From assembly GCA_903872185.1 (NCBI GenBank), contig CAIQJL010000092.1:1-61993 (forward strand): DNA of 61,993 bases, in the 5' to 3' direction. Shown here one piece after another: positions 37,959-48,487 of this stretch (position 1 is the stretch's first letter; each line of letters starts with the position of its first letter). The notes beneath the pieces are model-generated. The model was not told the origin of the DNA and did no database searches. It saw only the letters and a list, made by a program, of their open reading frames with translations. The position numbers were made by a program, and so were the translations under genes. This DNA is from an uncultured Bacteroidota bacterium (lineage in GTDB: Bacteria; Bacteroidota; Bacteroidia; Bacteroidales; GWA2-32-17).

Positions 37959-38984
37959 TTAGGGATTATACTTCGAACCATCAAGAATAATTTCATAGTT
38001 ACTTTCAAGCATTAGTTGTTGAAGAGATATTTCGGGGTGATTGTTCATGTATTTATTTACAATTCTCCAACCAATCCAAACACCTGTTCTTCCTGGTGAT
38101 TCCCGCGGAAACATAGTTGTAAAAGGAGCATCATCCATATATCGTTTAATATCCATTTCGCCAGAAATAAAAAATTGCTTATTGTCAATAAGATACGACC
38201 ACATTATTTGCTCATTTGCTAAACACCAATCCCATTGTGTTTTTGTATAAGCAAATTTTAAAGTATCCGAAACGTCAGGAAGCATTGCATCTATATAAAA
38301 TTGAACTTTCCCCTGATAAATAATATTATGAATTAAATCATCTATCGAATCATTAAATGGAAATTCCGACCATGCAATTGCTCTAAAACAATCTGGTACT
38401 ATAAAATCTTTTTGCATTTTATAACTTTGATAAGAAGCTAATCCCAATCGTGAGTAATAAGGGTAATTTTTTCCAAGATATCTTTCTAAACCAATACCCA
38501 AAATATTGTCACTCGTAACTATTGACTGATTAAAACCACCCATAAAAAAATAAATCTCGGGTATTTTTTTTTCAGGAAAATATGATTTGTAATATTTAAA
38601 TCCTGTTGTTAAATTATTAGTGATTTCAGACAAATCATTAAAACTCTTTTTGCAATCGCCAGATACTGTTAGCATATTATAATCCGAGACATACTTCTGC
38701 AAAAGCATTTCAAAATCACGACTGTTTTTGTTTCCAATATTTATAATTCTTGAACAAAACAAATTAAAAAATTCTCCAAATTCCTTTTCTAATTTTGGTA
38801 TATTTGAAGACATGCTATCAGAAACAATTTCAAAAAGTGCTTCATCAAACCGATGTATTTTAAGCTCTACTTTTATTCCTGATATATCAACTTTCGGTGT
38901 TGTGTCATCCTGCCCACACCGATAAAATAATAACAGACAGACGAATATAACAGAAATCGTTATAACTATTGAATTACTTTTCAT
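37959..38984 (-). CDS. gldB: Gliding motility lipoprotein GldB
   Basis: Lipoprotein Cys; IHRFD, GIGLERYLG, WCLANE..W, ESPGRTGVWIGWRIV, SKYNP end; located beside nadE. Confidence 0.88.
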   Translation of the reverse strand: MKSNSIVITISVIFVCLLLFYRCGQDDTTPKVDISGIKVELKIHRFDEALFEIVSDSMSSNIPKLEKEFGEFFNLFCSRIINIGNKNSRDFEMLLQKYVSDYNMLTVSGDCKKSFNDLSEITNNLTTGFKYYKSYFPEKKIPEIYFFMGGFNQSIVTSDNILGIGLERYLGKNYPYYSRLGLASYQSYKMQKDFIVPDCFRAIAWSEFPFNDSIDDLIHNIIYQGKVQFYIDAMLPDVSDTLKFAYTKTQWDWCLANEQIMWSYLIDNKQFFISGEMDIKRYMDDAPFTTMFPRESPGRTGVWIGWRIVNKYMNNHPEISLQQLMLESNYEIILDGSKYNP

Positions 38985-39002
38985 TGGAATTAAAATATTT
39001 TT

Positions 39003-39010
39003 TATATTTG
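39003..39010 (+). promoter_or_regulatory. Bacteroidota -7 element
   Basis: TATATTTG, 31 nt before the ATG at 39042. Confidence 0.45.
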
Positions 39011-39041
39011 TATTCTTCTGTAAAACTAAAAATTTAAAATT

Positions 39042-39725
39042 ATGAAAAAATATGCAATAGGTCTTCTAATCGTTATGTTTTCTATTGGCGTTATGGCACA
39101 AGGCGTTACCGGCGGATTATTTTTCAGTCCTGTAATTAGCTGGATGAAACCTGACTCAAAAACTATCACAAAAGACGGATCTAATTTTGGTTTTAGCTTT
39201 GGTGTACCAGTTGATTTTAACTTTTCGAAAAACTTTGCTTTTTCCACAGGTATTGCATTTATTAACTTAGGTGGAAGCTTAAAATATGCTGACTCAATTC
39301 CAAAATTTGAAACAGTTGATTCTATTTACACTTTAAAACCAGGTTCAGTTGTAAAATACAAGACTTCTTTTATAGAAATCCCTCTTTCATTTAAAGGAAA
39401 AACTAATGAGATAGGATATATAACTTATTTTTTAAAAGCTGGTGTAAGCCCTCAATTTAGGTTTAAAGCAAAAGGAGATGTTGGAGCTTTAAATACAGGC
39501 GATGATATTAAAGCAGAAGTTCGCGCTTTTAATATGGGTTACCATATTGGTGGCGGAATTGAATATTCGCTTGGCGGAAGCACAAAATTACTTGTAGAAG
39601 CTTTATTTACTAATGGCTTAACTAACTTTACAAAAGTTGAGACTTTAAAAAATGTTGCAAGTGGCCTAAAAAATGATAAAACTATTATGAATAGTATTTC
39701 ATTAAAAGTTGGAATTCTGTTTTAA
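39042..39725 (+). CDS. Outer-membrane beta-barrel (porin/PorT-like) protein
   Basis: Signal peptide; alternating strands, IEIPLSFK, GGGIEY; terminal Phe. Confidence 0.8.
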   Translation: MKKYAIGLLIVMFSIGVMAQGVTGGLFFSPVISWMKPDSKTITKDGSNFGFSFGVPVDFNFSKNFAFSTGIAFINLGGSLKYADSIPKFETVDSIYTLKPGSVVKYKTSFIEIPLSFKGKTNEIGYITYFLKAGVSPQFRFKAKGDVGALNTGDDIKAEVRAFNMGYHIGGGIEYSLGGSTKLLVEALFTNGLTNFTKVETLKNVASGLKNDKTIMNSISLKVGILF

Positions 39726-39746
39726 AAATTAATTTGTAAATCAGAT

Positions 39747-39778
39747 AATCCCGACCTTTAACAGTCGGGATTTTTTTT
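39747..39778 (+). terminator. Intrinsic terminator
   Basis: AATCCCGAC-loop-GTCGGGATT followed by a T-run, 21 nt after the stop. Confidence 0.8.
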
Positions 39779-39786
39779 AAAATTAT

Positions 39787-41439
39787 ATGAAGATTGCAAT
39801 TTGTCAACTTAATTTTAAAATTGCCGATTTTGATGGCAATACTAAAAAAATTATTTCTGCAATAAACGAAGCAAAACTAAAAGGTGCCGAAATTGCTGTT
39901 TTTTCTGAACTTGCAATTTGTGGATATCCTCCATTAGATATGCTCGAAAACAAAGATTTTATAAATAAATGTGAAAAAGCAATTCAGCAAATTTGTGAAC
40001 ACTGTTACGAAATTGCGACAATAGTTGGATCACCGGTAATTAATACTGATGAATTTGGTAAAAAACTATACAACGCTGCGATATTTATTGAAGAAGGAAA
40101 AATAAAAAGTATACATAAAAAAAGTTTATTGCCATCATACGATGTATTTGATGAATACAGATATTTTGAGCCAAATAGAAACTGGGAAACAGTAAATTTT
40201 AAAAACGAAAATATTGCCATAACAATATGCGAAGATTTATGGGTAAATCAGCCTATTGAAAATTCATTTACCCGGCAAAAGCTTTATACCTTTTCTCCTA
40301 TGGATGAGTTGATGAAGTTTTCACCAACTCTTATGATTAATATTGCATCTTCTCCTTTCTCCTTTAACCATGCCGAAACACGTAAAACTGTACTAAGCGA
40401 AAATGCAAAAAAATATAATCTCCCATTAATATACGTAAATCAAATTGGCGCAAATACCGAGCTTATATTTGATGGCGGATCAATGGCAATAAATAAATCT
40501 GGAAATGTTTTTTATGAATTACCATATTTTGAAGAAGCTGTAAGTATTATTGATACTACCTCAACTGAACTACAAAAAAATAACAATACAGCTAATAATA
40601 ATTCATCTATAGAAAAAATTCACAAAGCACTTATTCTTGGTATTCGCGATTATTTTAACAAAGTTGGGTTTAAAAAGGCTATATTAGGATTATCCGGTGG
40701 AATTGATTCTGCATTGGTATTAGTTTTAGCTGAACAAGCACTAGGGAAAGAAAATGTTCATGCATTACTTTTGCCATCAAGATATTCTTCGCAACACTCT
40801 ATAAGTGACGCATTGATGCTGGCATCAAACCTCGGAGTAACATACGATTTAATTTCAATAGAATCTGCATTTTCAAGTTTTGAGAATTCGCTTTTGCCCA
40901 TATTTGAAGGTAAACAACCAGATATTACTGAAGAAAATATTCAAGCGCGTGTTAGAGGAACTTTGCTTATGGCATACTCCAATAAATTTGGTAACATATT
41001 ACTAAATACATCTAATAAAAGCGAAGCAGCGGTGGGTTATGGAACACTTTATGGCGATATGGCTGGTGGACTTTCAGTAATTGGCGATTTATATAAAACA
41101 CAGGTATACCAACTTGCAAATTACATAAACAGTCATGGTGAAATTATACCACGTAATACAATAATAAAACCACCATCTGCAGAATTACGACCAGATCAGA
41201 AGGACTCGGATTCACTTCCAGAATACGATGTGTTAGATAAAATTTTATTTGAATATATTGAACAAAAAACTCCACTCGAAGAAATAGTTGAACAGGGGTT
41301 TGAAAAACAAATTGTAGAAAAAGTAATAAGATTAGTAAATACTAACGAATACAAACGTTTTCAAACTCCACCAATTTTAAGAGTTTCTTCAAAAGCATTT
41401 GGTTTTGGTAGAAGAATGCCGCTGATAGCGAAGTATTAA
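39787..41439 (+). CDS. nadE: Glutamine-dependent NAD+ synthetase
   Basis: Nitrilase-like E-K-C triad (ELAICGYPP, KKSLLP, ICEDLW); LGLSGGIDS, NIQAR, NKSE, PPSAELRPDQKD. Confidence 0.95.
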   Translation: MKIAICQLNFKIADFDGNTKKIISAINEAKLKGAEIAVFSELAICGYPPLDMLENKDFINKCEKAIQQICEHCYEIATIVGSPVINTDEFGKKLYNAAIFIEEGKIKSIHKKSLLPSYDVFDEYRYFEPNRNWETVNFKNENIAITICEDLWVNQPIENSFTRQKLYTFSPMDELMKFSPTLMINIASSPFSFNHAETRKTVLSENAKKYNLPLIYVNQIGANTELIFDGGSMAINKSGNVFYELPYFEEAVSIIDTTSTELQKNNNTANNNSSIEKIHKALILGIRDYFNKVGFKKAILGLSGGIDSALVLVLAEQALGKENVHALLLPSRYSSQHSISDALMLASNLGVTYDLISIESAFSSFENSLLPIFEGKQPDITEENIQARVRGTLLMAYSNKFGNILLNTSNKSEAAVGYGTLYGDMAGGLSVIGDLYKTQVYQLANYINSHGEIIPRNTIIKPPSAELRPDQKDSDSLPEYDVLDKILFEYIEQKTPLEEIVEQGFEKQIVEKVIRLVNTNEYKRFQTPPILRVSSKAFGFGRRMPLIAKY

Positions 41440-41480
41440 TATAGACCTAACAGGTTTTTAAAACCTGTTAGGTCTATATT
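41438..41480. repeat. REP-like palindrome, copy 3
   Basis: 20-bp perfect arms AATATAGACCTAACAGGTTT-TTA-AAACCTGTTAGGTCTATATT, overlapping the nadE stop. Confidence 0.85.
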
Positions 41481-41507
41481 AAAAAAGGGAGCTTCTCAGC
41501 TCCCTTT
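41481..41507 (-). terminator. Intrinsic terminator of the PqqL-like gene, possibly bidirectional
   Basis: AAAGGGAGCT-TCTC-AGCTCCCTTT with an A6 flank. Confidence 0.8.
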
Positions 41508-41526
41508 CAAAATTTATTGCAAATTG

Positions 41527-44343
41527 TTATTTCTTTTCTGGTTTTAAATAAACCTTAACATAATTTTTCATGTTAAAATATTTTGCCGCTGAAGCTTTTA
41601 TTTCGTCATTTGTTACGGCTTTTACTTTATCATTAAAATCAGCAAAAGAAACTTTTGGTTGATCATAATAATAAACATTTTCTAATTTTTTTATCCACCA
41701 ATCATTTTTCTTAAGATCTGTTTCACGCTCACGAATAAGTGTTTCTTTAATCTTAGCCATATCTACTTCAGTTGGGCCATTTTTAACAATTTTCTCCATT
41801 TCTTTAAAGATTACACTTACAAGTTTATCCTGTTTTTTTGGATCACAACCAAAAATAACTGTTAAGCTATACTCTGATTTTGGGAATTTTTCAACCTGAT
41901 CGCGTACTTGTAAACCATAGGTTCCACCTTCGTCTTCGCGAACTGTTTCACGTAATTTAATATCAAGTATACGAGATAATATCTTTTCTCTTAAAAGATT
42001 TTCAGGTGACCAATCGAAATTACTATTCCAAACTAAGCCAACAAATCCTTTTTCTTCTACACCTTTATTAACCTCGGTTTCTTTAATTCCTTCTGGAAAT
42101 TTAGGACTAACATCTTTCCACATTTCTTTTTGTCCTTTAGCTGGCAATCCACCCAAATATTTCTGCAAAAGAGGAATTATTGTTGCGTTATCAAAATTTC
42201 CTACAAAGAAGAATTTAAAACCAGAGGCATCAGAGAATCTGCTATGAAAAAACTCGAATGATTTATCAAGATTAACAGTTTCTAATTGCTCTACGGTTGG
42301 AATAACAATAGAACGAGGATCATTAGAGGTTACAGTTTCAATAAGTTTCCTGTAAAAAGCATATTGCGGATTGTTAGCAAGAAACATTAACTGACTTTTC
42401 ATTTTAGAAATAAATGCATCATATGCTTCTTTATCTTTACGAGGTTCGGTAAAATATAAATAAATTAATTGTAATGTAGTTTCTAAATCAGCAGGTGCAC
42501 ATTTACCATTAAAACCTTGTTGAACGTCAGAAACAACAGGACTTATTTCAATATCTTTACCAGCTAATTTCTTTTTTAAATCTGTTTGATTGAATTTACC
42601 AATTCCACCTTCGTCAACAATATTTGAAGCAAACATTGCAGATAAATAATCTTCGGTACTTGCTAAAGAAGTTCCTCCAAGGCTATATGCAGAAATTTTT
42701 ATTTCGTTATTTTTAAAATCAGTTGACTTTAAAACAACTTGCACACCATTTGCGAAAGTAACTTCGGTATATCCAAGTTCATCATTTTTCACTGTTGTTT
42801 TAATCTCTGTTCCAATTGGGTCTGTTGCAAGTAATGGATCTGCAGATAAAGTTTCAACATAAGGCTGTAATTCTTTTGCTTTAACATCTTTCATTATTTG
42901 TAAAAGATTTTCTGCTGTTGGAACTTTAATATTATCTTTCTTAGGTGCAGTTACCATCATTACTAAATTTTTATCAGAAATCCAGGTTTTTGCTAAAACA
43001 TTAATATCTTCAATTTTAATTTCTGGTAAAAACTGTTTTGCTAATTCAAAATTCTTTTGAGCTCCTGGCATTGGATTTTCGGCAAGAAAATTATATACAT
43101 ATTCCATTGCTAAATCGCCAGATTCAATTTTATCAAATTCTTTAGCTTCCTTATCGTAATTAGCTAAAATTTTAGATTTTTGACGCTCGAATTCTGTCGC
43201 AGTAAATCCGAAACGTTTTACGCGTTCATTTTCTGAAAGAAGAATTTCAAATCCTTTATCAATCATATTTTCTTTCATTTGAGCATATACCTGATAAGCA
43301 TCTTTTGAACGAGCCAAAAACTCACCATAACCTGTACCTGCATATACAAAAGGAGCATCAGGTTTTTGCATAATCTCATCCATACGATCATTTAACATTC
43401 CTGTAAATAATTCAGTCATTAAATAATTTTTATAATCACCTACTGTTTTTGTTAATTGTCTTGGATGTTTATAGAAAAACATTAAAGAACTTGCAGTTGC
43501 TTCTGGATCTGTTTCAATACTGATTAAAGGGTCTGTATTGTCTGGAAGATCAAAATTTTCACGTTTTGGTGAATTTGCAGGATTCTGAATTTTACCAAAA
43601 TGATCTTTAATTTTTTGTTCCATTTGAGCAACATCAATATCACCTACAATAACAACAGACATTAAGTTTGGACGATACCATGTTTTATAAAAATTACGAA
43701 TAGTTTCATATTTAAAACCTTCTAAAACTTCTTTTGTTCCAATTGGAATTCTGTTTGCATACTTTGATCCTTTAAAAATTACAGGAAAAGATTTTTTTCT
43801 CATACGGTCATCGGCACCTAAACCAAGACGGCGTTCTTCTAAAATTACTCCGCGTTCTTTATCAATTTCAGCATCTTCAAAAGTAACATTATGTGCCCAA
43901 TCTTCTATAATCTGCAAACCTTTTTCAACTAATTCAGGTTGATCAGTTGGTACCTTTAACATATATACCGTTTCATCAAAACCAGTATAAGCATTAAGGT
44001 CAGCACCAAAACGAACACCCATTTTTTCGATTGTATTTACCAATTCTGCTTTTGGAAAATTTTTAGTTCCATTAAAACACATATGCTCACTAAAATGAGC
44101 CAAACCCTGTTGATCATCATTTTCTAAAATTGAACCGGCATTAACTGCCAAACGAAGTTCAACACGATTTTCTGGTTTTGCATTTTTACGGATGTAATAA
44201 ACTAAACCATTATCGAGTTTTCCAATTTTTACATTTGGGTCAACTGGCATTGATTTAGCCAAATCGGTATTTGGCTGAGCCCAAGCTGACAGCGAAATAA
44301 TTCCGATAAATAAAGATAAAATTAATTTTTTTGTTGTTCTCAT
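41527..44343 (-). CDS. pqqL: Exported M16 zinc protease, PqqL-like
   Basis: Signal peptide; GKLDNGLVYYI, AHFSEH, DLNAYTGFDET, LRETVREDEGGTY. Confidence 0.88.
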   Translation of the reverse strand: MRTTKKLILSLFIGIISLSAWAQPNTDLAKSMPVDPNVKIGKLDNGLVYYIRKNAKPENRVELRLAVNAGSILENDDQQGLAHFSEHMCFNGTKNFPKAELVNTIEKMGVRFGADLNAYTGFDETVYMLKVPTDQPELVEKGLQIIEDWAHNVTFEDAEIDKERGVILEERRLGLGADDRMRKKSFPVIFKGSKYANRIPIGTKEVLEGFKYETIRNFYKTWYRPNLMSVVIVGDIDVAQMEQKIKDHFGKIQNPANSPKRENFDLPDNTDPLISIETDPEATASSLMFFYKHPRQLTKTVGDYKNYLMTELFTGMLNDRMDEIMQKPDAPFVYAGTGYGEFLARSKDAYQVYAQMKENMIDKGFEILLSENERVKRFGFTATEFERQKSKILANYDKEAKEFDKIESGDLAMEYVYNFLAENPMPGAQKNFELAKQFLPEIKIEDINVLAKTWISDKNLVMMVTAPKKDNIKVPTAENLLQIMKDVKAKELQPYVETLSADPLLATDPIGTEIKTTVKNDELGYTEVTFANGVQVVLKSTDFKNNEIKISAYSLGGTSLASTEDYLSAMFASNIVDEGGIGKFNQTDLKKKLAGKDIEISPVVSDVQQGFNGKCAPADLETTLQLIYLYFTEPRKDKEAYDAFISKMKSQLMFLANNPQYAFYRKLIETVTSNDPRSIVIPTVEQLETVNLDKSFEFFHSRFSDASGFKFFFVGNFDNATIIPLLQKYLGGLPAKGQKEMWKDVSPKFPEGIKETEVNKGVEEKGFVGLVWNSNFDWSPENLLREKILSRILDIKLRETVREDEGGTYGLQVRDQVEKFPKSEYSLTVIFGCDPKKQDKLVSVIFKEMEKIVKNGPTEVDMAKIKETLIRERETDLKKNDWWIKKLENVYYYDQPKVSFADFNDKVKAVTNDEIKASAAKYFNMKNYVKVYLKPEKK

Positions 44344-44452
44344 GTCGTTTGAAATTTATATTGAATTGCTGTGACGTTTATACATTACGATAAGTTACAA
44401 ACCTGCGAAATATTTTTGGTAAAAAGAATGATTTTAAGAATTACTTATATTA

Positions 44453-45403
44453 TTATATGGTTTTTTCGATTAAATAATGATTTCTATCTGCAGAATTACG
44501 ACTTACAAGTTCTGCGAGAAAACCTGATAAAAAAAGCTGAACTCCTAGTATTATAGCTAAAAGAGACAAGTAAAACAAAGGTTGATCTGTAACATTTCTA
44601 TATGATAAATTATTAACAGCACGATAAACTTTTTCGGCTAATAAATATACAGAAACTCCACCACCCAAAATAAACATTATCATTCCCCATATTCCAAAGA
44701 AGTGCATTGGTCGTTTTCCAAAACGAGTAATAAATGTAACTGAAAGTAAATCTAACGGGCCACGTATAAATCTTTCTAAACCAAATTTAGTTGTTCCATA
44801 TTTTCTTTCCTGATGCTGAACTACTTTTTCGCCAATTTTTTTATAACCAGCCCATTTGGCCAAAACAGGAATATAACGATGCATTTCGCCATAAACCTCA
44901 ACACTTTTAATAACTCTGCTTTTGTATGCTTTAAGTCCGCAATTCATATCATGAAGTTTAATTCCACTGATACGACGAACTGTCCAGTTATATAATTTAC
45001 TTGGTAAATTCTTTGTTAAAACAGGATCATGCCTGTTTTTTTTCCATCCCGAAACTAAATCATAATTTTCTTCGGTAATCATTTTATATAATCCAGGAAT
45101 CTCTTCCGGACTATCTTGCAAATCAGCATCCATAGTAATAACAACATTACCCTTTGTAGCTTCAAAACCACAAAACAAGCCTGCTGATTTACCATAATTT
45201 CTTCTGAATTTTATTCCTTTTACTTCAGGATTTTTTGAAGAAAGATTCTCAATAACTTCCCATGAGTTATCGTTACTTCCATCATCAACCATAATAACTT
45301 CATAGGAATATTTATTTTCGAGCATTACCTTCTTAATCCAATCAAAAAGCTCAGGCAAAGATTCTGCTTCGTTAAATAATGGAACAACTATCGAAATGTC
45401 CAT
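44453..45403 (-). CDS. GT2 glycosyltransferase (ArnC/DPM-like, membrane anchored)
   Basis: VVPLFNEAESL, VDDGSND, RRNYGKSA, MDADLQD, HDMNCGLKAY, HRYIP; two C-terminal TM segments. Confidence 0.92.
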   Translation of the reverse strand: MDISIVVPLFNEAESLPELFDWIKKVMLENKYSYEVIMVDDGSNDNSWEVIENLSSKNPEVKGIKFRRNYGKSAGLFCGFEATKGNVVITMDADLQDSPEEIPGLYKMITEENYDLVSGWKKNRHDPVLTKNLPSKLYNWTVRRISGIKLHDMNCGLKAYKSRVIKSVEVYGEMHRYIPVLAKWAGYKKIGEKVVQHQERKYGTTKFGLERFIRGPLDLLSVTFITRFGKRPMHFFGIWGMIMFILGGGVSVYLLAEKVYRAVNNLSYRNVTDQPLFYLSLLAIILGVQLFLSGFLAELVSRNSADRNHYLIEKTI

Positions 45404-45404
45404 G

Positions 45405-45968
45405 TTATTTATTTTCTTCGTTAATTTCTTTTTCTATTTCAGCCATAGCAGCATCGTAGCCGTTGGATTTTTTCTTTAAAAAAGCAGATGTGATAAGTGA
45501 AAAAAGAAAACCCCAAAATGTATAAGAAAATATTGTCATTAGTGATATAGACAATGGAGTTGTAAATTTTTTAGCCATTTCTAGCGACATTTCTAATTGG
45601 TCTTCTGGCAAACCTTGTTCAGACATTTTCACTTCCATTAAATCATACATTTTCTGCATTGCATCAGTATCTATAAACTTAAGAAAAACAAACATATAAA
45701 CTGCTACAATAATTGAGGCAAAAAGACTAATAAGTGTACCAGAACCTAACGCCCTTCCATATGACATTCTACCATTTTCAATTTTTTTCAAATATTTTGT
45801 CCCAACTACTATTGTTGAAATTAAAACCACATAAAAAAATAAAGAGGCTAAAAAACTTTCCTGAATATTTAAAAAATAAAGAATAACCGTAATTGCAATT
45901 AACCCAAACCCTGCAATTGCACCAAAATTCATATTATTTTTCCAAAACAAAACTCTTTGATTATTCAT
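45405..45968 (-). CDS. DUF4199 membrane protein
   Basis: Four TM segments with the SYGRALGSG pattern, upstream of a GT2 gene as is usual in Bacteroidota. Confidence 0.75.
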   Translation of the reverse strand: MNNQRVLFWKNNMNFGAIAGFGLIAITVILYFLNIQESFLASLFFYVVLISTIVVGTKYLKKIENGRMSYGRALGSGTLISLFASIIVAVYMFVFLKFIDTDAMQKMYDLMEVKMSEQGLPEDQLEMSLEMAKKFTTPLSISLMTIFSYTFWGFLFSLITSAFLKKKSNGYDAAMAEIEKEINEENK

Positions 45969-46000
45969 ATTATCAGATAATTATAATGATTTGACTACAA

Positions 46001-46008
46001 CAAAGATA
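46001..46008 (-). promoter_or_regulatory. Bacteroidota -7 element
   Basis: TATCTTTG on the minus strand, upstream of the DUF4199-GT2 genes. Confidence 0.5.
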
Positions 46009-46051
46009 TTAGTTTTTTTTCAAACTTTTTTTTATATCCGTTAATTATGTA

Positions 46052-46059
46052 TAATTTTG
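46052..46059 (+). promoter_or_regulatory. -7 element of the SRP RNA promoter
   Basis: TAATTTTG immediately upstream of the RNA 5' end. Confidence 0.65.
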
Positions 46060-46062
46060 TGC

Positions 46063-46161
46063 GGGGTAAGTCTTATACGACCAGCTCCCTTTGAACTCCC
46101 CCAGGTCCGGAAGGAAGCAAGGGTAGAAGGTTGTAGCGGTGCGATATAAGTAGCTTACCCT
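46063..46161 (+). ncRNA. ffs: Signal recognition particle RNA (small bacterial SRP, 4.5S)
   Basis: Domain IV core CAGGTCCGGAAGGAAGCA; terminal pairing GGGTAAG / CTTACCC; about 100 nt; followed by a T-run. Confidence 0.92.
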
Positions 46162-46284
46162 ATCTTTTTTTGGTAAACGAAAAGAAGGTTAAGCAAAATG
46201 CTTAAAAACATATCTCAAAATCTCAATTCTTTATATCAACTAATTAACAAGCTTTATTTAATCTTTTTTTAAAGCATTTCTAAA

Positions 46285-47220
46285 ATGTCTAAAAAAGAAA
46301 TAACAGAAAATATAAAAGAATTTGCCTTAAAATTAGGATATACAAATTGTGGCTTTTCAAAAGCCGAAGAATTAACAAAGAATAAAGAAAGTTTAATTAA
46401 TGCCATTAATAATGGATATACCGCAGAAATGGCTTATCTGCAAAACAATTTAGAAAAAAGAGCTAATCCTACAGTATTAATTGAAAATGCAAAAACAGTT
46501 ATCTCTGTTTTATTAAGTTATTATCCGCAACAAATTGAAAATAGTTCTGATTATAAAATATCTGCCTATGCTCATGGAAATGATTACCATGAAATAATGC
46601 ATGAATTATTAAATAAACTTTTTGAAAAAATAAAAGAAGAAATCCCTGCGGTTAATGGAAGAACATTTTGCGATTCTGGTCCTGTATTCGAACGTGCATG
46701 GGCTGAAAAATCGGGATTAGGCTGGATTGGAAAAAATAATTTATTAATAAACCCAACTGTTGGTTCATTTGTAATAATTGGCGAAATAATTATTGATCAC
46801 GAACTGGAATACGATTCACCAATTGAAGAACAATGCGGAACTTGTACTTTATGTATAAACGCATGCCCAACTCATGCTTTAACTCCATATTCTTTAAATG
46901 CAACAAAATGCATATCTTATGCAACAAATAGTAGTAAAAGTGAAAATATTTCTGACTTTTTTATTGGAAAAATAAAAAACGAGATTTATGGTTGCGATAT
47001 TTGTCAGGCTATCTGCCCATATAATAAAGAAATTAACAACTCATTTAATAAATTCTTTAACCAAAACGAATACGTAAACTGGGAAAAAAAAGACTGGGAA
47101 AATTTAACAGAAGAAAAATTTACTAAAGTTTTTGAAAAAACAACTATAAAAAGTATGGGGTTTAAAAGGCTGAAAAGAAATGTAAACTTTGTTAAGAATA
47201 ATATAAAAGTAACAAAATAA
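46285..47220 (+). CDS. queG: Epoxyqueuosine reductase
   Basis: YAHGNDYH, DSGPVFERAWAEKSGLGWIGKN, CGTCTLCINACP, GCDICQAICPYN. Confidence 0.92.
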   Translation: MSKKEITENIKEFALKLGYTNCGFSKAEELTKNKESLINAINNGYTAEMAYLQNNLEKRANPTVLIENAKTVISVLLSYYPQQIENSSDYKISAYAHGNDYHEIMHELLNKLFEKIKEEIPAVNGRTFCDSGPVFERAWAEKSGLGWIGKNNLLINPTVGSFVIIGEIIIDHELEYDSPIEEQCGTCTLCINACPTHALTPYSLNATKCISYATNSSKSENISDFFIGKIKNEIYGCDICQAICPYNKEINNSFNKFFNQNEYVNWEKKDWENLTEEKFTKVFEKTTIKSMGFKRLKRNVNFVKNNIKVTK

Positions 47221-47225
47221 TTATT

Positions 47226-47258
47226 AAAAAAAACACCTGCCACTTTCGCGACAGGTGC
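47226..47258 (-). terminator. Intrinsic terminator of sod
   Basis: Minus strand: GCACCTGTCGC-GAAA-GTGGCAGGTGT followed by T7. Confidence 0.85.
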
Positions 47259-47290
47259 TAAAATAAACACGAATTAAAAAAAGAATCAAA

Positions 47291-48022
47291 CTAAATAAAC
47301 TCTTCGTATCTTCTCTCAACTTCAGCCCAATTTACAACCGACCAAAAAGCTGAAACATAATCGGGTCTTCTATTTTGGTATTTTAAATAGTACGCATGTT
47401 CCCAAACATCCAAACAAAGTACAGGAGTTCCTTTTTTCTCGGCAATATCCATCAAAGGATTATCCTGATTTGGAGTAGATGAAACAAATAATTTCCCATT
47501 ACTGTCAACAGAAAGCCATGCCCATCCGCTTCCAAAACGAGTTTTTGCAGCATTATCAAATTCTTCTTTAAATTTTTCAAAAGAACCAAAAGTGCTATTA
47601 ATTGCATCAGCAAGTTTTCCGCTTGGTTTACCTGTACTTTTTGATGTTAACATTTGCCAAAATAAAGAATGATTATAATGTCCGCCACCATTATTTCTGA
47701 CAGCAACAGGATATTTACTTATATTCGAAAGAATTTCTAATAAGGGTAATTTTTCTGCATCAGTTCCTTTTAAAGCATTATTCAAATTAGCAACATATGC
47801 TGCATGATGTTTGGAAAAATGAATTTCCATTGTAGCTTTATCAATGTATGGTTCAAGTGCATCATATGCATAACCTAATTCAGGTAAAGCGTAGGGATAA
47901 ACAAGTTTTGTTTCTAATATTGTTAATGTTTCCATTTTACTATTATTATTTGATTTAAAATTATTGATTTGAAAAGACGAAAAAATTAATATTCCGAAAA
48001 AAGAGATTATTATTATTTTCAT
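47291..48022 (-). CDS. sodA: Fe/Mn superoxide dismutase with a possible N-terminal export signal
   Basis: [15 protein letters not shown] (Mn-type pattern), [20 protein letters not shown]. Confidence 0.9.
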   Translation of the reverse strand: MKIIIISFFGILIFSSFQINNFKSNNNSKMETLTILETKLVYPYALPELGYAYDALEPYIDKATMEIHFSKHHAAYVANLNNALKGTDAEKLPLLEILSNISKYPVAVRNNGGGHYNHSLFWQMLTSKSTGKPSGKLADAINSTFGSFEKFKEEFDNAAKTRFGSGWAWLSVDSNGKLFVSSTPNQDNPLMDIAEKKGTPVLCLDVWEHAYYLKYQNRRPDYVSAFWSVVNWAEVERRYEEFI

Positions 48023-48459
48023 ATTTTTTGGAAATTTAAATAATCAACCGAACCATTACCACCACTTACATCTTCTAGTCTAATAAAAGTTGAAGTTTGC
48101 TCAATAATATGCCAACCGTTATTTAACTTATTTAAAGGTAAACTTACACCAAAATCTAAAATCAATTTTGGAGTACTATCATCGCTGCCATTTGACCATG
48201 AGCCACTTGTATTGTTACTGTTAACAGAGGCAGTAATAGTTCCCGAAGAATTAAATATAAACTGGTATCCTGTAAAATAATATGTATCATCAGTTCCACT
48301 ATCGTGATATAATGTCACTTTCCAATTTCCTTGCTGAATTATAGTACTTATATTAATACCGGTAGAAGAGTTGCTTGAATTATCTTCTTTTTTACAAGAG
48401 TTTAAAGACAATATCACTGCTACTATAGCAATGATATATATTAAATTTATATTTTTCAT
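48019..48459 (-). CDS. Lipoprotein, lipocalin-like beta fold, function unknown
   Basis: Lipobox LNSC-KKED; GNWKV, GSWS, WHIIE. Confidence 0.6.
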   Translation of the reverse strand: MKNINLIYIIAIVAVILSLNSCKKEDNSSNSSTGINISTIIQQGNWKVTLYHDSGTDDTYYFTGYQFIFNSSGTITASVNSNNTSGSWSNGSDDSTPKLILDFGVSLPLNKLNNGWHIIEQTSTFIRLEDVSGGNGSVDYLNFQKI

Positions 48460-48487
48460 TCTTTTATTTAATTAATAATAAATAACC

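Noticed and set aside
15186-41480. CRISPR interpretation of the repeated palindromes
   Set aside because: The copies are isolated and 11-15 kb apart, with no spacers and no cas genes.
28363-44995. Short antisense or alternative-frame ORFs (28363, 28830, 32430, 33550, 34422, 35788, 37336, 38041, 38728, 39026, 40005, 44371, 44813)
   Set aside because: Overlap conserved genes and show no independent coding evidence.
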